From: Candidatus Saccharimonadia bacterium
Lineage (GTDB): Bacteria > Patescibacteriota > Saccharimonadia > UBA4664
NCBI GenBank assembly: GCA_035544015.1
Contig: DATKIP010000076.1
Coordinates: 192,299 to 256,298 of the forward strand
DNA: 64,000 nucleotides
Direction of reading: 5' to 3'
The translations under genes were made by a program, and so were the position numbers. This document shows positions 40,686-50,602 of this stretch, piece after piece (positions within the stretch are counted from its first letter, which is position 1; each line of letters begins with the position of its first letter). Under the pieces are notes generated by a model that was given only the letters and a program-made list of their open reading frames with translations, did not search any database and was not told the origin of the DNA.

Positions 40686-40973
40686 GTGCCACCCAAACCA
40701 TTCTCACTCAGCGTCCTCGCAGCTCTCGCCACCGGCGAGGCGCATGTCTACGCCATTGAACAACAAATGATCGCCGATGTCCGGGGCGCTATTCTCATAA
40801 GCAGCCGATCAGTGTATCGCGAAATGCCGCGCTTAATCGCAGCTGGTCTCGTAGCGGCCACCGCCGATACTCGCCCACAAAAATACCGTCTCACGCCCCA
40901 TGGCCGCCGCACGCTCCATACTGAACGTGAGCGCGCCCTCCAGACCTATCGGCTGCTCCAGAAACGCCTCTAA
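40686..40973 (+). CDS. PadR family transcriptional regulator
   Basis: SVLAALATGEAHVY, SVYREMPRLIAAGLV, KYRLTPHGR; start uncertain. Confidence 0.72.
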   Translation: MPPKPFSLSVLAALATGEAHVYAIEQQMIADVRGAILISSRSVYREMPRLIAAGLVAATADTRPQKYRLTPHGRRTLHTERERALQTYRLLQKRL

Positions 40974-42094
40974 AGTTCGAAATAATTCCACAATTTAGAC
41001 GACAAATCCCCAAACAGCGCGGGTGCGCCACCCGGTGTATTCCACGGACCCGAGGTCACTACCACCAAATAATTAGTCTTGGGGCCGTACACCACGCCCG
41101 CGTCATGCACGAATCCATCCAGATCGCCGGTTTTGTGGGCGATCACCGTTCCCGCCGGCAAACCTTGCGGCAGGCGGTTGTTCACCCGCTGATCCTTGAG
41201 CAGCCCCATGAAGTTATTAGTCGAATTCGACGACACCAGCGTGCCGCTGTAGAGTCGCGTCAACAACGTTGATACATCCTGAGCCGAGGTTTTTTGCGGG
41301 GTAGCCAAATTCGTTTGCGTGTAACCTTCTATCTGCAGCGCCTGGTTTTGCTGGCCCCAACCGAGAATATCGCCCAAAGCACGCCCGCAGGCGTTGTCCG
41401 AAACATTAATCATCACGCGCAAACAGTCGCTGATATTGCGCCCTGTGCCGCCGCCGGCCGCTTGTCCGTAATCGAGCTTACCGAGGTCGATCTGCTGGTA
41501 GATGCGCTGAGCCACAAACAGCTTATAGAGGCTGGCACTTTCCATTTGCTGATCAGGATTGATGCTGGCGGTGGCGCCGCTGGACAGATCTTTGACCACA
41601 ATCCCAAATTTACCCGGATTGGCGGCCGAAAAATCATCCAAAATCTGCTGCAAGCCGGCTTTTTGCGGCGTCGGCGCCGGAGTTGCCGCCGCCACGGCCG
41701 GCGCTGGGGTCGCAGCCGGGCTCGGCGCCGGCTTCTCGGCCGCCCGGGCCGTCGAAGTCGCCGGCGTCGACAGCCGGCTCACCGTGAGCGTGGAAACCAC
41801 CAGCGCCGTCGCCACCAGCCCAAAGGCGATGGCCGGCCGCCGCCAACCAATGTGCGGCAGTCGCAGCGACGGCAGCTGCCAGGCCGGAGTGAGCGTCGCA
41901 GCCGGCGCTTGCATCGCCGCCACCACTTCGCGCGGCGTCGTGCGCGGCACCGGCCGGCGAATGCCGTCCATGCCCACCGTGTAGCCGCGCGCCTCCGGCG
42001 CCGCCGTCAGGGGGCGTGCCATCATCGGCTGTTGCAAAACAGTCGCCCGAGGACGCATTGGCGTCGGCCGCACTCCATCCATCACACGAATCAT
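40970..42094 (-). CDS. Membrane-anchored serine hydrolase, class A beta-lactamase-like
   Basis: ASLYK (SxxK), SDN and HKTG motifs; TM segment after a disordered N-terminus. Confidence 0.88.
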   Translation of the reverse strand: MIRVMDGVRPTPMRPRATVLQQPMMARPLTAAPEARGYTVGMDGIRRPVPRTTPREVVAAMQAPAATLTPAWQLPSLRLPHIGWRRPAIAFGLVATALVVSTLTVSRLSTPATSTARAAEKPAPSPAATPAPAVAAATPAPTPQKAGLQQILDDFSAANPGKFGIVVKDLSSGATASINPDQQMESASLYKLFVAQRIYQQIDLGKLDYGQAAGGGTGRNISDCLRVMINVSDNACGRALGDILGWGQQNQALQIEGYTQTNLATPQKTSAQDVSTLLTRLYSGTLVSSNSTNNFMGLLKDQRVNNRLPQGLPAGTVIAHKTGDLDGFVHDAGVVYGPKTNYLVVVTSGPWNTPGGAPALFGDLSSKLWNYFEL

Positions 42095-42169
42095 AGATTT
42101 ACTATAAACGTAAGCATCATCTCCACACAAGCCACCCTTTCATTCTCGGCGTATAATGAGGGACAGAAT

Positions 42170-42583
42170 ATGGAGAAAATGATGAGACTTATCGACGTAT
42201 TGCCCACCACCACTGTGTATGCGCACTGCGACCTGCCGTGCGGCGTTTACGACCCAGCCCAGGCCCGCATAGAGGCCGAGTCGGTTCACAAAATTATGCA
42301 AAAATATGCCGACAACACCGACCAAGTCTTTCGTACCCGCGCCATTATTATCAAAGAAGAGCGTACCGAACTAGTGAAGCGCCATTTGTGGGTGCTCTGG
42401 ACCGATTATTTCAAGCCTGAGCATCTCGAAAAACATCCCAACCTCCACGACCTCTTTTGGCGAGCCACGAAGCAGGCGGGGGAGTGCAAGCACCACGTCG
42501 AACCCGAAGAAGGTCAGAAATTACTCGATCTCATTGCCGAAATTACCGAAATATTTAACGCCACGAAAGCCGCGGCCAAGTAG
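42170..42583 (+). CDS. sodN: Nickel superoxide dismutase
   Basis: Leader peptide then Ni-hook HCDLPCGVYDP; LWTDYFK. Confidence 0.95.
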   Translation: MEKMMRLIDVLPTTTVYAHCDLPCGVYDPAQARIEAESVHKIMQKYADNTDQVFRTRAIIIKEERTELVKRHLWVLWTDYFKPEHLEKHPNLHDLFWRATKQAGECKHHVEPEEGQKLLDLIAEITEIFNATKAAAK

Positions 42584-42586
42584 CGC

Positions 42587-44086
42587 ATGCGCAAACTCTG
42601 GCCCCTGGGGCTCTACCGCGTGGCGGGTCACAGCATGCAGCCGACGCACCGGCCGGGCGACGTCGTGTTGGGCTGCCGCTGGTTTGTGCCCCGCCCCGGC
42701 CAAACCGTGGTGGCGCGCGCCGGCGGCGACCCGCTGCTCAAGCGCATCGAACGCATCGACGGCCGCCAGGTGTGGCTGGCCGGCGACAACCCCGCCGACT
42801 CGCACGATAGCCGCCACTTTGGCGCCGTCGACCGCTCGCAGCTCGAGGCCGTGATCGTGCCGTGGCGCCGGGCCGGCTTGGTAGCCGCCGCGCTCGTGGC
42901 GGTGGCCGGCGCCGCCGTCTTCGCCGCCGCGGCCATCCGGCCGCCAGGGCGCGGGGTCTATCGCGCCCCCGCGCCGACGCCCACGGCGACGGCCGCCCAG
43001 CCCAGCCCCGCCGCCACGCCGCCGTACGCCATGTCGGCGGGGCCCGCCCCCAAGGCGCCGCTCACCGTGCCGGCCGGCTATGCCATCCATGTGTTCGCCG
43101 ACCGCCAAGGCACCGCGCGCGATCTGCAATTTTCGCCCGGCGGCACCTTGCTCGTGTCCGATCCCAAGGCGCGCACCATCACCGCCCTGCCCGACAGCAA
43201 CCACGACGGCGCCGCCGATTCCGCCAAAATCATTCTCACCGGCGGCGACAACCCCCATGGCCTGGCTTTCCGCGGCGGCTACTTGTATGTGGCCGAAACC
43301 GGCCGCGTGATGCGCTACGCCTGGGACGAAACTACGCTCGCCGCCACCACCGGCCAAGAATTATTCAAACTCCCCACCCCCAACCCCGACCACAACAAAC
43401 GCACCATCACCTTCGGCGCCGACGACCAGCTGTACATCTCGGTCGGCTCCACCTGCAATGTCTGCCGCGAATCCGACCCGCACTCCGCCACCATCCTCAC
43501 GGCCGACGCCGACGGCCACAATCTGCGCACGTTCGCCTCCGGCCTGCGCAACGCCCCGTTCATGGCCATCAACCCCGCCACCAAGGAGCTCTGGTCCACC
43601 GAAATGGGCCGCGACAACCTCGGCGATACCACCCCGCCCGACGAAATCGACATCATCCACGACGGCTCCAACTACGGCTGGCCGATCTGTTACGGCGCCA
43701 AAATCCACGACACCGCCTTCGATCACGCCGCCTACCTCGCCGACCCCTGCGCCTCCACCGTTGGGCCCATCTACGGCGTCCCCGCCCACAATGCGCCGCT
43801 CGGCCTCGCCTTCATCGCCTCCCCGCAATGGCCCACCGACCAGCAAGGCGACCTGCTCGTGGCCTACCACGGCTCCTGGAACCGCAGCGTACCCGACGGC
43901 TACAAAGTGGTGCGCCTCACCGTCCGTGGCAACACCATCACCGGCACCACCGATATCGTCACCGGCTTCATCGCCGGCCGCAGCGTCTCCGCCCGCCCGG
44001 TCGACCTCACCTTCGACGCGCTGGGCAACCTCTACCTCTCCGACGATTACTCCGGCACCATTTATCTAATCCAAAAGCAGCTCTAA
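42587..44086 (+). CDS. Ni-SOD maturation protease (S26, SodX-like) fused to a PQQ-dependent glucose/sorbosone dehydrogenase domain
   Basis: GHSMQP, LLKRI, GDNPADSHDSRHFG; TM helix; then NPHGLAF, GSTCNVC, GLRN, YGWP, HGSWNR, RPVD. Confidence 0.85.
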   Translation: MRKLWPLGLYRVAGHSMQPTHRPGDVVLGCRWFVPRPGQTVVARAGGDPLLKRIERIDGRQVWLAGDNPADSHDSRHFGAVDRSQLEAVIVPWRRAGLVAAALVAVAGAAVFAAAAIRPPGRGVYRAPAPTPTATAAQPSPAATPPYAMSAGPAPKAPLTVPAGYAIHVFADRQGTARDLQFSPGGTLLVSDPKARTITALPDSNHDGAADSAKIILTGGDNPHGLAFRGGYLYVAETGRVMRYAWDETTLAATTGQELFKLPTPNPDHNKRTITFGADDQLYISVGSTCNVCRESDPHSATILTADADGHNLRTFASGLRNAPFMAINPATKELWSTEMGRDNLGDTTPPDEIDIIHDGSNYGWPICYGAKIHDTAFDHAAYLADPCASTVGPIYGVPAHNAPLGLAFIASPQWPTDQQGDLLVAYHGSWNRSVPDGYKVVRLTVRGNTITGTTDIVTGFIAGRSVSARPVDLTFDALGNLYLSDDYSGTIYLIQKQL

Positions 44087-44089
44087 CCC

Positions 44090-44548
44090 ATGCTCCTCCT
44101 CAGGCCTTTTCTCAAACCCTTCCGCTACGCCTTCCGCGAGCTCATCCTGCACCGCCGCAAACAAATCCCATTTTGGATCTTGGTCGGCTTTCTGCCCACC
44201 TTCTTCCTGGCGCGGTTTACCGTGCAGCACTTCCCGTATCTGTTCGTCCACGTCCACGGCACGCACGTCCATCATTTCATTTACGGCTTCTTCGTGCTCG
44301 CTACCATGGGCTTCATCGCCCTCATCACCGACCGCGCCCGCCGCGTGCAGGCCTTTTTCTACGGCGCCGGCCTCGCCCTCGCCTTCGATGAATTCGGTAT
44401 GTGGGTCCGCCTCACCGACCACTACAACATCGACGCCTCCGAGGACGCCATCGCCATCATCGCCGCCATCCTCGTGTTTCTGGTGTACGGTATCGGCATC
44501 GTCCGCCGCGCCCTCCCTCAGCTCAAAAAACTCCGCCCCCGCCGCTAG
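44090..44548 (+). CDS. Hypothetical membrane protein
   Basis: HVHHFIYG and GLALAFDEFGMW motifs; about four TM helices. Confidence 0.7.
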   Translation: MLLLRPFLKPFRYAFRELILHRRKQIPFWILVGFLPTFFLARFTVQHFPYLFVHVHGTHVHHFIYGFFVLATMGFIALITDRARRVQAFFYGAGLALAFDEFGMWVRLTDHYNIDASEDAIAIIAAILVFLVYGIGIVRRALPQLKKLRPRR

Positions 44549-44614
44549 CGCATTGTCATTCGCCCCAAAATCTTGTACCATATGACGGTTCATCCCAGCC
44601 AAATATTCATCCAA

Positions 44615-44689
44615 TGGGGCGTGGCCAAGTGGTAAGGCGCTTGATTCTGGCTCAAGAGATCCTAGGTTCGAATCCTAGCGCCCCAGCCA
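44615..44689 (+). tRNA. tRNA-Gln(CTG)
   Basis: TGGGGCG acceptor, GCCAAGTGGTAAGGC D-arm, CTTGA-TTCTGGC-TCAAG anticodon arm, GGTTCGAATCC, CCA. Confidence 0.96.
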
Positions 44690-44791
44690 GTTATTATTTG
44701 TCATTTTGTATCTGTAACTTAGTTCGGTCATCGGGCGAGGGAGATAGTACGACCGAACTTTGGCCCATCGTCTATCTGTTAGAATTTACTC

Positions 44792-45541
44792 ATGCAATAT
44801 CAAGCGTTCATCTTCGACCTCGACGGCACGGCAATTCCCAACATTCCAAACGGCCTTCCTTCGGATCGATTGGTTAAGGCTATAGCTAAGGCAAAAGGAA
44901 GGCTGAGATTCTGTGCGGCCACTGGTAGGCCTATTACGAATGCAAAACCCATTTTGGACAGACTTAACTTGACCGATCCGTGCATTATCTCGGCGGGGAC
45001 ACAAATTGTTAATCCGCAAACCGGTCAAATCTTGTGGGAAGCCGCGCTTGATAACAAAGATGTCGCCGCTGTTCTGGATATTTGTAAGCCCCATCATTAC
45101 GAAGTCCTCATCCGTAATGAGCTGATGGGACAGGGTGCACCTGCCGCACGGCGCATCATTACCGAAAGCGTGAATGTCATATACATCATGCAATGCTCGG
45201 AAGCTGACGGCCAAGCAATTCTCAAAGAACTTGCCGAGGTTCCTAACATTACTGCCGCTGGCGTGTTGTCCTGGACAGGCGAAGGCCTTGATATCCATGT
45301 AACACACCGTGAAGCGACCAAGGAACATGCAATTGCCGAACTGCTAAAAATGCTGGACATCACCAAGGTACAAACTATTGGCGTAGGCGATGGCAATAAC
45401 GACGTCCATCTGTTTCGTGGGGTCGGCAAAAAAGTGGCGATGGGAAACGCGACCGAATTACTGAAGTCGCAGGCGGACGTTGTCTGTGATTCTGTCGACC
45501 ACGATGGACTTGCAAAGTTTATAGAAGAATTCATGTCGTAG
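44792..45541 (+). CDS. Cof-type HAD-IIB hydrolase
   Basis: FDLDGT, ATGR, TK, GVGDGNND, AMGNA. Confidence 0.9.
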   Translation: MQYQAFIFDLDGTAIPNIPNGLPSDRLVKAIAKAKGRLRFCAATGRPITNAKPILDRLNLTDPCIISAGTQIVNPQTGQILWEAALDNKDVAAVLDICKPHHYEVLIRNELMGQGAPAARRIITESVNVIYIMQCSEADGQAILKELAEVPNITAAGVLSWTGEGLDIHVTHREATKEHAIAELLKMLDITKVQTIGVGDGNNDVHLFRGVGKKVAMGNATELLKSQADVVCDSVDHDGLAKFIEEFMS

Positions 45542-45658
45542 CTCCTTCATCATCCTCATCGAGCAGTGCTCGCATCTGACCAATAGATCCCACAAGTTCA
45601 TCTAAACGAGTTGGGGTTCGATCCTCCAACATGATCCCCAGCCATTGCACTTATGCTT

Positions 45659-45687
45659 AAAATAACGGCTCGATGAGCCGTTATTTT
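45659..45687. terminator. Bidirectional intrinsic terminator
   Basis: AAAATAACGGCTC-GAT-GAGCCGTTATTTT. Confidence 0.75.
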
Positions 45688-45722
45688 GTTGTCCGCATAT
45701 ATCTCGTATAAAATTGTAAAGT

Positions 45723-46436
45723 ATGAATGAAGAGTTAAATACACCGGAGCATCGAAGCGATTTTAGTGGCGCACAATTGAGTCAAGAGCTTGAGCACCAA
45801 GCTGAGATTGGTAAATTGAGCGGAGATTTATTGCGGGACTTCTATCAAACTTTTCGTCTTTCACAAAAAGAGACAGCCATTCAACCGCCACTATTTAGTC
45901 TTCTGGCCGACCAGCATGTACAAGCCGGGCACCAAGACATATTGCCCACCGCCTTGAATGCAGCCGATAATAAGGTGGATGAATTACTGCCACCGCGCCG
46001 ACACGGCGATACTGATGAGGAATCCCGTAATAACTCCGAAACAGGCTTCCGGGCCATGTGGGCTGAATATTCAAAGGTGCTCCAGGTGCCAGATTCGGGC
46101 ATACGACGTACTCCCGAACTCATCTTGGAAGATATGCTAGCTCAAGACCTCTATTATCAGGAGAACGATCGCCCAAACCGGGGCGGTCAAGACGATGTCC
46201 ACGAAAGCATTGTCCGCGAGTATATACTTGGCAATCGACTTACTGGCTCAGATCAGCTCATGGCTGTTCGAAATCAATTGCGAGAGGCTCTAGTATCGCC
46301 ATCTGTTGACGATGACAGTGGCGGCGATTGGATGCTAAGACGCCGAGCAGAGTTGATAGAGGAGTGGGAAGCCAATCACTCCAGCCAGTCGTTTATGTCG
46401 CAAGACCGGCAGGACCCATCGCTAAAAGGGTTCTAA
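45723..46436 (+). CDS. Hypothetical acidic protein
   Basis: 237-aa ORF with a -10-like box just upstream; no recognised motif. Confidence 0.55.
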   Translation: MNEELNTPEHRSDFSGAQLSQELEHQAEIGKLSGDLLRDFYQTFRLSQKETAIQPPLFSLLADQHVQAGHQDILPTALNAADNKVDELLPPRRHGDTDEESRNNSETGFRAMWAEYSKVLQVPDSGIRRTPELILEDMLAQDLYYQENDRPNRGGQDDVHESIVREYILGNRLTGSDQLMAVRNQLREALVSPSVDDDSGGDWMLRRRAELIEEWEANHSSQSFMSQDRQDPSLKGF

Positions 46437-46610
46437 CTTCGTTAACTAGCCCCAGCCAAGGAATTTTACAGATAAGAAGCCGACCAATTTAGATCGCATC
46501 AGTCGTTTCCGTTATTCCACAAATGCAAATCGCCCCCACAAGGAGGGCGGCTGCCAACTTCGTGGGGGCGTATGGTGGATAAGGAAGAGGCTTCCTTATC
46601 CCATGTTCAT

Positions 46611-47018
46611 CTACTCATAGAATGGGTAGACTACTTCGTGTAGCATGAGGCAAAATATCTTGCCCCGTTTCGTCAGCGCAAGCCCCATATTCGTGCCGGT
46701 AACCAGCCCCAGCCTCAACATCTCTGCTATGGCGGCCGCAGGGTAAAACTCGGGTATTATGAGCGTCAGGTGCATCGCGTGCCAGACCTTGTACTTCTTC
46801 GCGCGCCTCACCCCATTGGCCAGGTCTACGCGAAACCCGAACGTGAAGTTGCCACCGGTAGCGTTGAAGTCTTCATCGGAGAAGACTTCAGACCATGCTT
46901 TAGGGCCTCCCATGTAGAAGTCCCTTTCTTGCCTATCCAACTCCTCGTCCCGCCGTATTTCTGCGCGCGAGCGGGTATCAACCGGTGGAGGTGTTGGGTG
47001 TCGGCCCCGTCCGAACAT
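46611..47018 (-). CDS. Hypothetical protein
   Basis: AAGGAG RBS; C-terminal LRLGLV...LALTKRGK is winged-helix-like; hairpins downstream. Confidence 0.5.
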   Translation of the reverse strand: MFGRGRHPTPPPVDTRSRAEIRRDEELDRQERDFYMGGPKAWSEVFSDEDFNATGGNFTFGFRVDLANGVRRAKKYKVWHAMHLTLIIPEFYPAAAIAEMLRLGLVTGTNMGLALTKRGKIFCLMLHEVVYPFYE

Positions 47019-47311
47019 GCTTGCTCCTTTAGGTCTTGGTCACCGCTATGCTCCATTCTCTAAGTCCAAAGAGGGAAGTTGGTCAAAGGATGAGCTTTAC
47101 ATGGCTACTCCAATCTCGAGGAGGCAAAACTTATTATAGCATACTTTCTCGTATAATCAAATCTAGCTTCTCTTCGAGAACACTGCTAAGGGGCGAAAGG
47201 CAAAAGTTTTAGGCTGGGTAGGTAGAACGACCAAAATTTAGTTCTCGCTCTTCAGACCCCATGCCCGTGATGCTAAAATAGTATCGTTGCGAATGCATAA
47301 GGAGGCAAGGC

Positions 47312-47686
47312 ATGGACAAATATGTAGATGGCTTCGTACTAGTGGTACCGGCGGATAAAGCCGACGAATACAAAAAAATGGCTACTATGGGCCGTGATTC
47401 GTGGATGAAGCACGGCGCACTTTCGTATTACGAGTGTAAGGCGAACGACCTCGCGCAGCAAAAAATGGGCGACCAAGCTACGCGCTCATTTAACGAAATG
47501 GCGGGAGCGAAAGATGGCGAAGATGTCTGGTTTTCGTTCATTGTCTTTAAATCCAAAGAACATCGCGATGAGGTTAACGCTAAAGTCATGGCAGAAATGA
47601 GCGAAATGGAGCACCCAGCCGAGCCTATGCCTGCCGATATGACACGTATGGCTTATGGTGGTTTTACGGTTGAGGTCGAGGGCTAA
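47312..47686 (+). CDS. DUF1428 family protein
   Basis: YVDGFVLVVP, HGAL, HRDEVNAKVM, RMAYGGF. Confidence 0.9.
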   Translation: MDKYVDGFVLVVPADKADEYKKMATMGRDSWMKHGALSYYECKANDLAQQKMGDQATRSFNEMAGAKDGEDVWFSFIVFKSKEHRDEVNAKVMAEMSEMEHPAEPMPADMTRMAYGGFTVEVEG

Positions 47687-47751
47687 CTTTAAAGTTTGGA
47701 CTATCTTTCTCCTCCCCAGCCAATGCACCTGTTTCTGATATAATCGTCTGC

Positions 47752-48132
47752 ATGAAGCAAATCGAACAAACCTATGTCATCAAGGCTCCTTTAGAAAAAG
47801 TCTGGCAGGCACTCACGACAGCCGAAGGCGCCGAACAATGGGGGGCTGGCCCCGCAAAATTTGATGCTACCGAAGACGGCGAATTCAGCTACTGGAACGG
47901 AGATATCCACGGTATTAATACGAAGGTCGTTTCAGAGAAGCTACTTGAGCAGGATTGGTACGGCCATGATCATCCAGAAGAAAAATACCGTGCCGTATTC
48001 TCGTTTGAGATGAAGGGTAACACTACTCTCGTTCACCTGGCTTATTCGGGTCACATCTACGATGAGCAAAGAGACATCGACGACTGGCGCGAATATTATT
48101 TTGATCCGATCAAGAGGCTGCTTGAGTCATAA
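47752..48132 (+). CDS. SRPBCC/AHSA1 domain protein
   Basis: IKAPLEKVWQALT and WREYYFDPIK motifs. Confidence 0.85.
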   Translation: MKQIEQTYVIKAPLEKVWQALTTAEGAEQWGAGPAKFDATEDGEFSYWNGDIHGINTKVVSEKLLEQDWYGHDHPEEKYRAVFSFEMKGNTTLVHLAYSGHIYDEQRDIDDWREYYFDPIKRLLES

Positions 48133-48149
48133 TCAGGGCGCTGACACTT

Positions 48150-48683
48150 ATGAACATCCTCATCCGTCCAGAAACCACCACCGACTTCGACAGGATAGCC
48201 GACGTAGTCACCCGCGCCTTCAAGCGGCCGGGCGTGGCCGAGCTAATCAGGCATATCCGGGCCTCGGACAATTACGTGCCGGGGCTCTCGCTCGTGGCCG
48301 AACGCGACGGCCAAATCATTGGGCATATCATGCAGAGCTATGTCACGCTCGAAGATGGCAGCCGGCGGCACAAAATTCTGACGTTGTCGCCCCTAGCAGT
48401 CGACCCCCAGTTTCACAAACAAGGTATTGGCTCACAACTGGTCCGGGAAGCGATTCGCCGAGCTGACGAGCGGGGTGAATCCTTGATCGTCCTCGAAGGC
48501 CGCCCCGAGTACTACACCCGGTTCGGTTTCCGGCCTTCCTATCAGCTAGACATCGAATACCCACTACCCGACTGGGCGCCGGCGGAAGCGGGCCAGGCCC
48601 TACCGCTTTCGGGCAACAGCCCCGCACTAGCACCCAAGGGCAAGGTTGTCTACCCCGAATACTTCAAACTTGCCGAGCACTAG
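48150..48683 (+). CDS. GNAT N-acetyltransferase (YhbS-like)
   Basis: IRPET, LSPLAVDPQFHKQGIGSQL, PEYYTRFGF. Confidence 0.9.
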   Translation: MNILIRPETTTDFDRIADVVTRAFKRPGVAELIRHIRASDNYVPGLSLVAERDGQIIGHIMQSYVTLEDGSRRHKILTLSPLAVDPQFHKQGIGSQLVREAIRRADERGESLIVLEGRPEYYTRFGFRPSYQLDIEYPLPDWAPAEAGQALPLSGNSPALAPKGKVVYPEYFKLAEH

Positions 48684-48773
48684 TCGCCAGGATTAAGCAA
48701 CAATGCCACACGTTTTCTCTGGCTCGCCGTGCTACGCTATAGCCGTTAAAAAACTAAAACAAAAGGAGTTCCT

Positions 48774-48983
48774 ATGTCCAACGTAAATGCCACACAAGAG
48801 GTCATCATTGTAATCGGTGATGCGAGCGGGGATGGTGGCCATTTTGTCGTGACCCCGCACGGCGTAAAACGCGTGCCCGACAATAACCCGGGGCTACGCG
48901 AAGCCTACAAAGCCATAGCCAAGAACTACGCCATCCTACAAAAGGCCGCATTGGACCAAAAGCTACCCGAACAAAACCGCTAG
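48774..48983 (+). CDS. Small hypothetical protein
   Basis: AAGGAG RBS, 69 aa, own downstream terminator. Confidence 0.55.
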   Translation: MSNVNATQEVIIVIGDASGDGGHFVVTPHGVKRVPDNNPGLREAYKAIAKNYAILQKAALDQKLPEQNR

Positions 48984-48994
48984 AGTTCTGCCGC

Positions 48995-49028
48995 AAAAAG
49001 TTCCAGAAAATATCTTCTGGAACTTTTT
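48995..49028. terminator. Bidirectional intrinsic terminator
   Basis: AAAAAGTTCCAGAA...TTCTGGAACTTTTT. Confidence 0.75.
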
Positions 49029-49076
49029 ATTTTGCCCACCAAGCCAGCACAATCTTCCTTTTGTTATGATAGTCGC

Positions 49077-49862
49077 ATGCACACCGAGCAAAGATTTCTG
49101 GATGACAAAGGTCGCTTGCGGCAATGGCCGTCTAGGCGTTCCGACAAATTACTGGCGGTGGCTTATTTGGCGACCAAGTTCGACTTCAAGGCCAGCTACA
49201 CTGAATCCGAAGTTAACGAGCTGCTCAAGCAATGGCATACATTCAATGATTGGCCACTTCTTAGGCGCGAGCTTTACGAACAAGGCTTCCTTGATCGCAA
49301 TACCGACGGCTCAAATTATCGCATCAAACGCCTCCAAACCTCGATGCCCGATCTCAGTCTCACAAATCCTAACATCAAAAGCGACCCAGCCATCAGCGTC
49401 GAGTGGCTTGCGGGCGAACCCGGCAAAGAGACCCTTCGGCTCATGGGTAGCACCGAGACAAACAACAAACCGTCAACCCTAAAGGCTGAAGAGCAACGTA
49501 TCCGAGAGTTTATCACATCCACGAATCAGCGAACGTGGAACCTGCACTACAGGACCAAAACAGTCGGGGCAACCTGGATTGACCTTGAGTCGAGTAAATA
49601 CCTTAAGTCTCCATCAATCCACATTATGATCGGCGATCCAAATGTGCGCGGAAAAGGCCTCGCCCAAGCCACCCTGCAGGCGGTTATCGAGCTATTGGAG
49701 AAAGAAGGCGAATACCAACATCTTCACTCAAGACACTTGGTCGAAAATACCGCTTCCGCCAAACTACTCGCAAGGGTCGGCTTCGCCAATGATGGCGACG
49801 AGTACACGGATGCCGATGGACTAGTATTCCAAAATGTTAAGCGGTCACTGCGCCATCAATAA
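49077..49862 (+). CDS. DUF2087 domain fused to a GNAT acetyltransferase
   Basis: GRLRQWPSRR, YTESEVNELL, DWPLLRREL; C-terminal RGKGLA, NTASAKLLARVGF. Confidence 0.8.
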   Translation: MHTEQRFLDDKGRLRQWPSRRSDKLLAVAYLATKFDFKASYTESEVNELLKQWHTFNDWPLLRRELYEQGFLDRNTDGSNYRIKRLQTSMPDLSLTNPNIKSDPAISVEWLAGEPGKETLRLMGSTETNNKPSTLKAEEQRIREFITSTNQRTWNLHYRTKTVGATWIDLESSKYLKSPSIHIMIGDPNVRGKGLAQATLQAVIELLEKEGEYQHLHSRHLVENTASAKLLARVGFANDGDEYTDADGLVFQNVKRSLRHQ

Positions 49863-49913
49863 GGTCTAACATCCATTCCTAAATCTGTACTCACGGGGCC
49901 TCTTTGCCCAGCC

Positions 49914-49948
49914 ATAAAAAAGACTGACCTAACGTCAGTCTTTTTTAT
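49914..49948. terminator. Bidirectional intrinsic terminator
   Basis: ATAAAAAAGACTGAC-CTAAC-GTCAGTCTTTTTTAT, directly after CCCAGCCA. Confidence 0.8.
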
Positions 49949-49993
49949 TTCCGCTCCACCTCATCGGTAGATGCAAGTCGTTAAAGCCCAAGC

Positions 49994-50602
49994 CTAGTTC
50001 GCTGCCGCCGTAGCCTTGCGGAAATAGCCCCGTGTCGAAGGAATCGCGAGAAGAATGAGGATGAGTATCGAACCCAAGATCACCACAACGTTGCGCGCAT
50101 TCACCAGAGAAGATACCCAGCTAGGGTAGGCGTTAAAGGCCGCATCGACCAGCTTTTGCACATTTAGGCTCTGCAGAGCCGCATCCCCTGTGCTCTTGAA
50201 TACAGACTCCAGCGTCGAAACAACAGCTGCTTGGCTGGCCATGATCAGGAAGTTGCCAGCCAGGACGAGCGGTTGAAGGACCCAAGACAGGATCAGGCCA
50301 GCTCGCTTTCCAGCGAGGTTAAGCCAGGCCAGAGTTATCATGATCAGGGCGACGATGGTAGGGACGATGGTGGCAGCGCCGTTCTCGGTGAAACTGATAT
50401 GGTTCTGGGTCAAAAGAGCAGTCGAATGCCCCTGTCGCACCATCTCGGCGTCCACCGCCGTCTGGACTTGAGCGCCGTACATGAGGCCAATGATGGGTAT
50501 GCTCAAGAAAGCTAACCCAATCAGAGCCTGTACTATCGCCACGACAGTTACGGCTTGAGGACGGCTCCTAGAAGTTTGACGTGAATTGGTTTGTTTGCTC
50601 AT
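49994..50602 (-). CDS. Hypothetical 4-TM membrane protein
   Basis: AAGGA RBS; RPQAVT N-terminal and PSTRGYF C-terminal motifs with four TM segments. Confidence 0.7.
   Translation of the reverse strand: MSKQTNSRQTSRSRPQAVTVVAIVQALIGLAFLSIPIIGLMYGAQVQTAVDAEMVRQGHSTALLTQNHISFTENGAATIVPTIVALIMITLAWLNLAGKRAGLILSWVLQPLVLAGNFLIMASQAAVVSTLESVFKSTGDAALQSLNVQKLVDAAFNAYPSWVSSLVNARNVVVILGSILILILLAIPSTRGYFRKATAAAN

Larger units (their letters stand above)
44690..49948. mobile_element. tRNA-Gln-anchored accessory island punctuated by tRNA 3'-end copies
   Basis: Visibly lower GC; (C)CCCAGCCA at 45636, 46450, 47714 and 49907, all intergenic and on the + strand; no integrase seen. Confidence 0.55.

Noticed and set aside
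49957-49976. TCATCGGTA-GATGCAA as an empty site for the 20992-21046 palindrome
   Set aside because: Only 9 plus 7 nt match in a single instance; too weak
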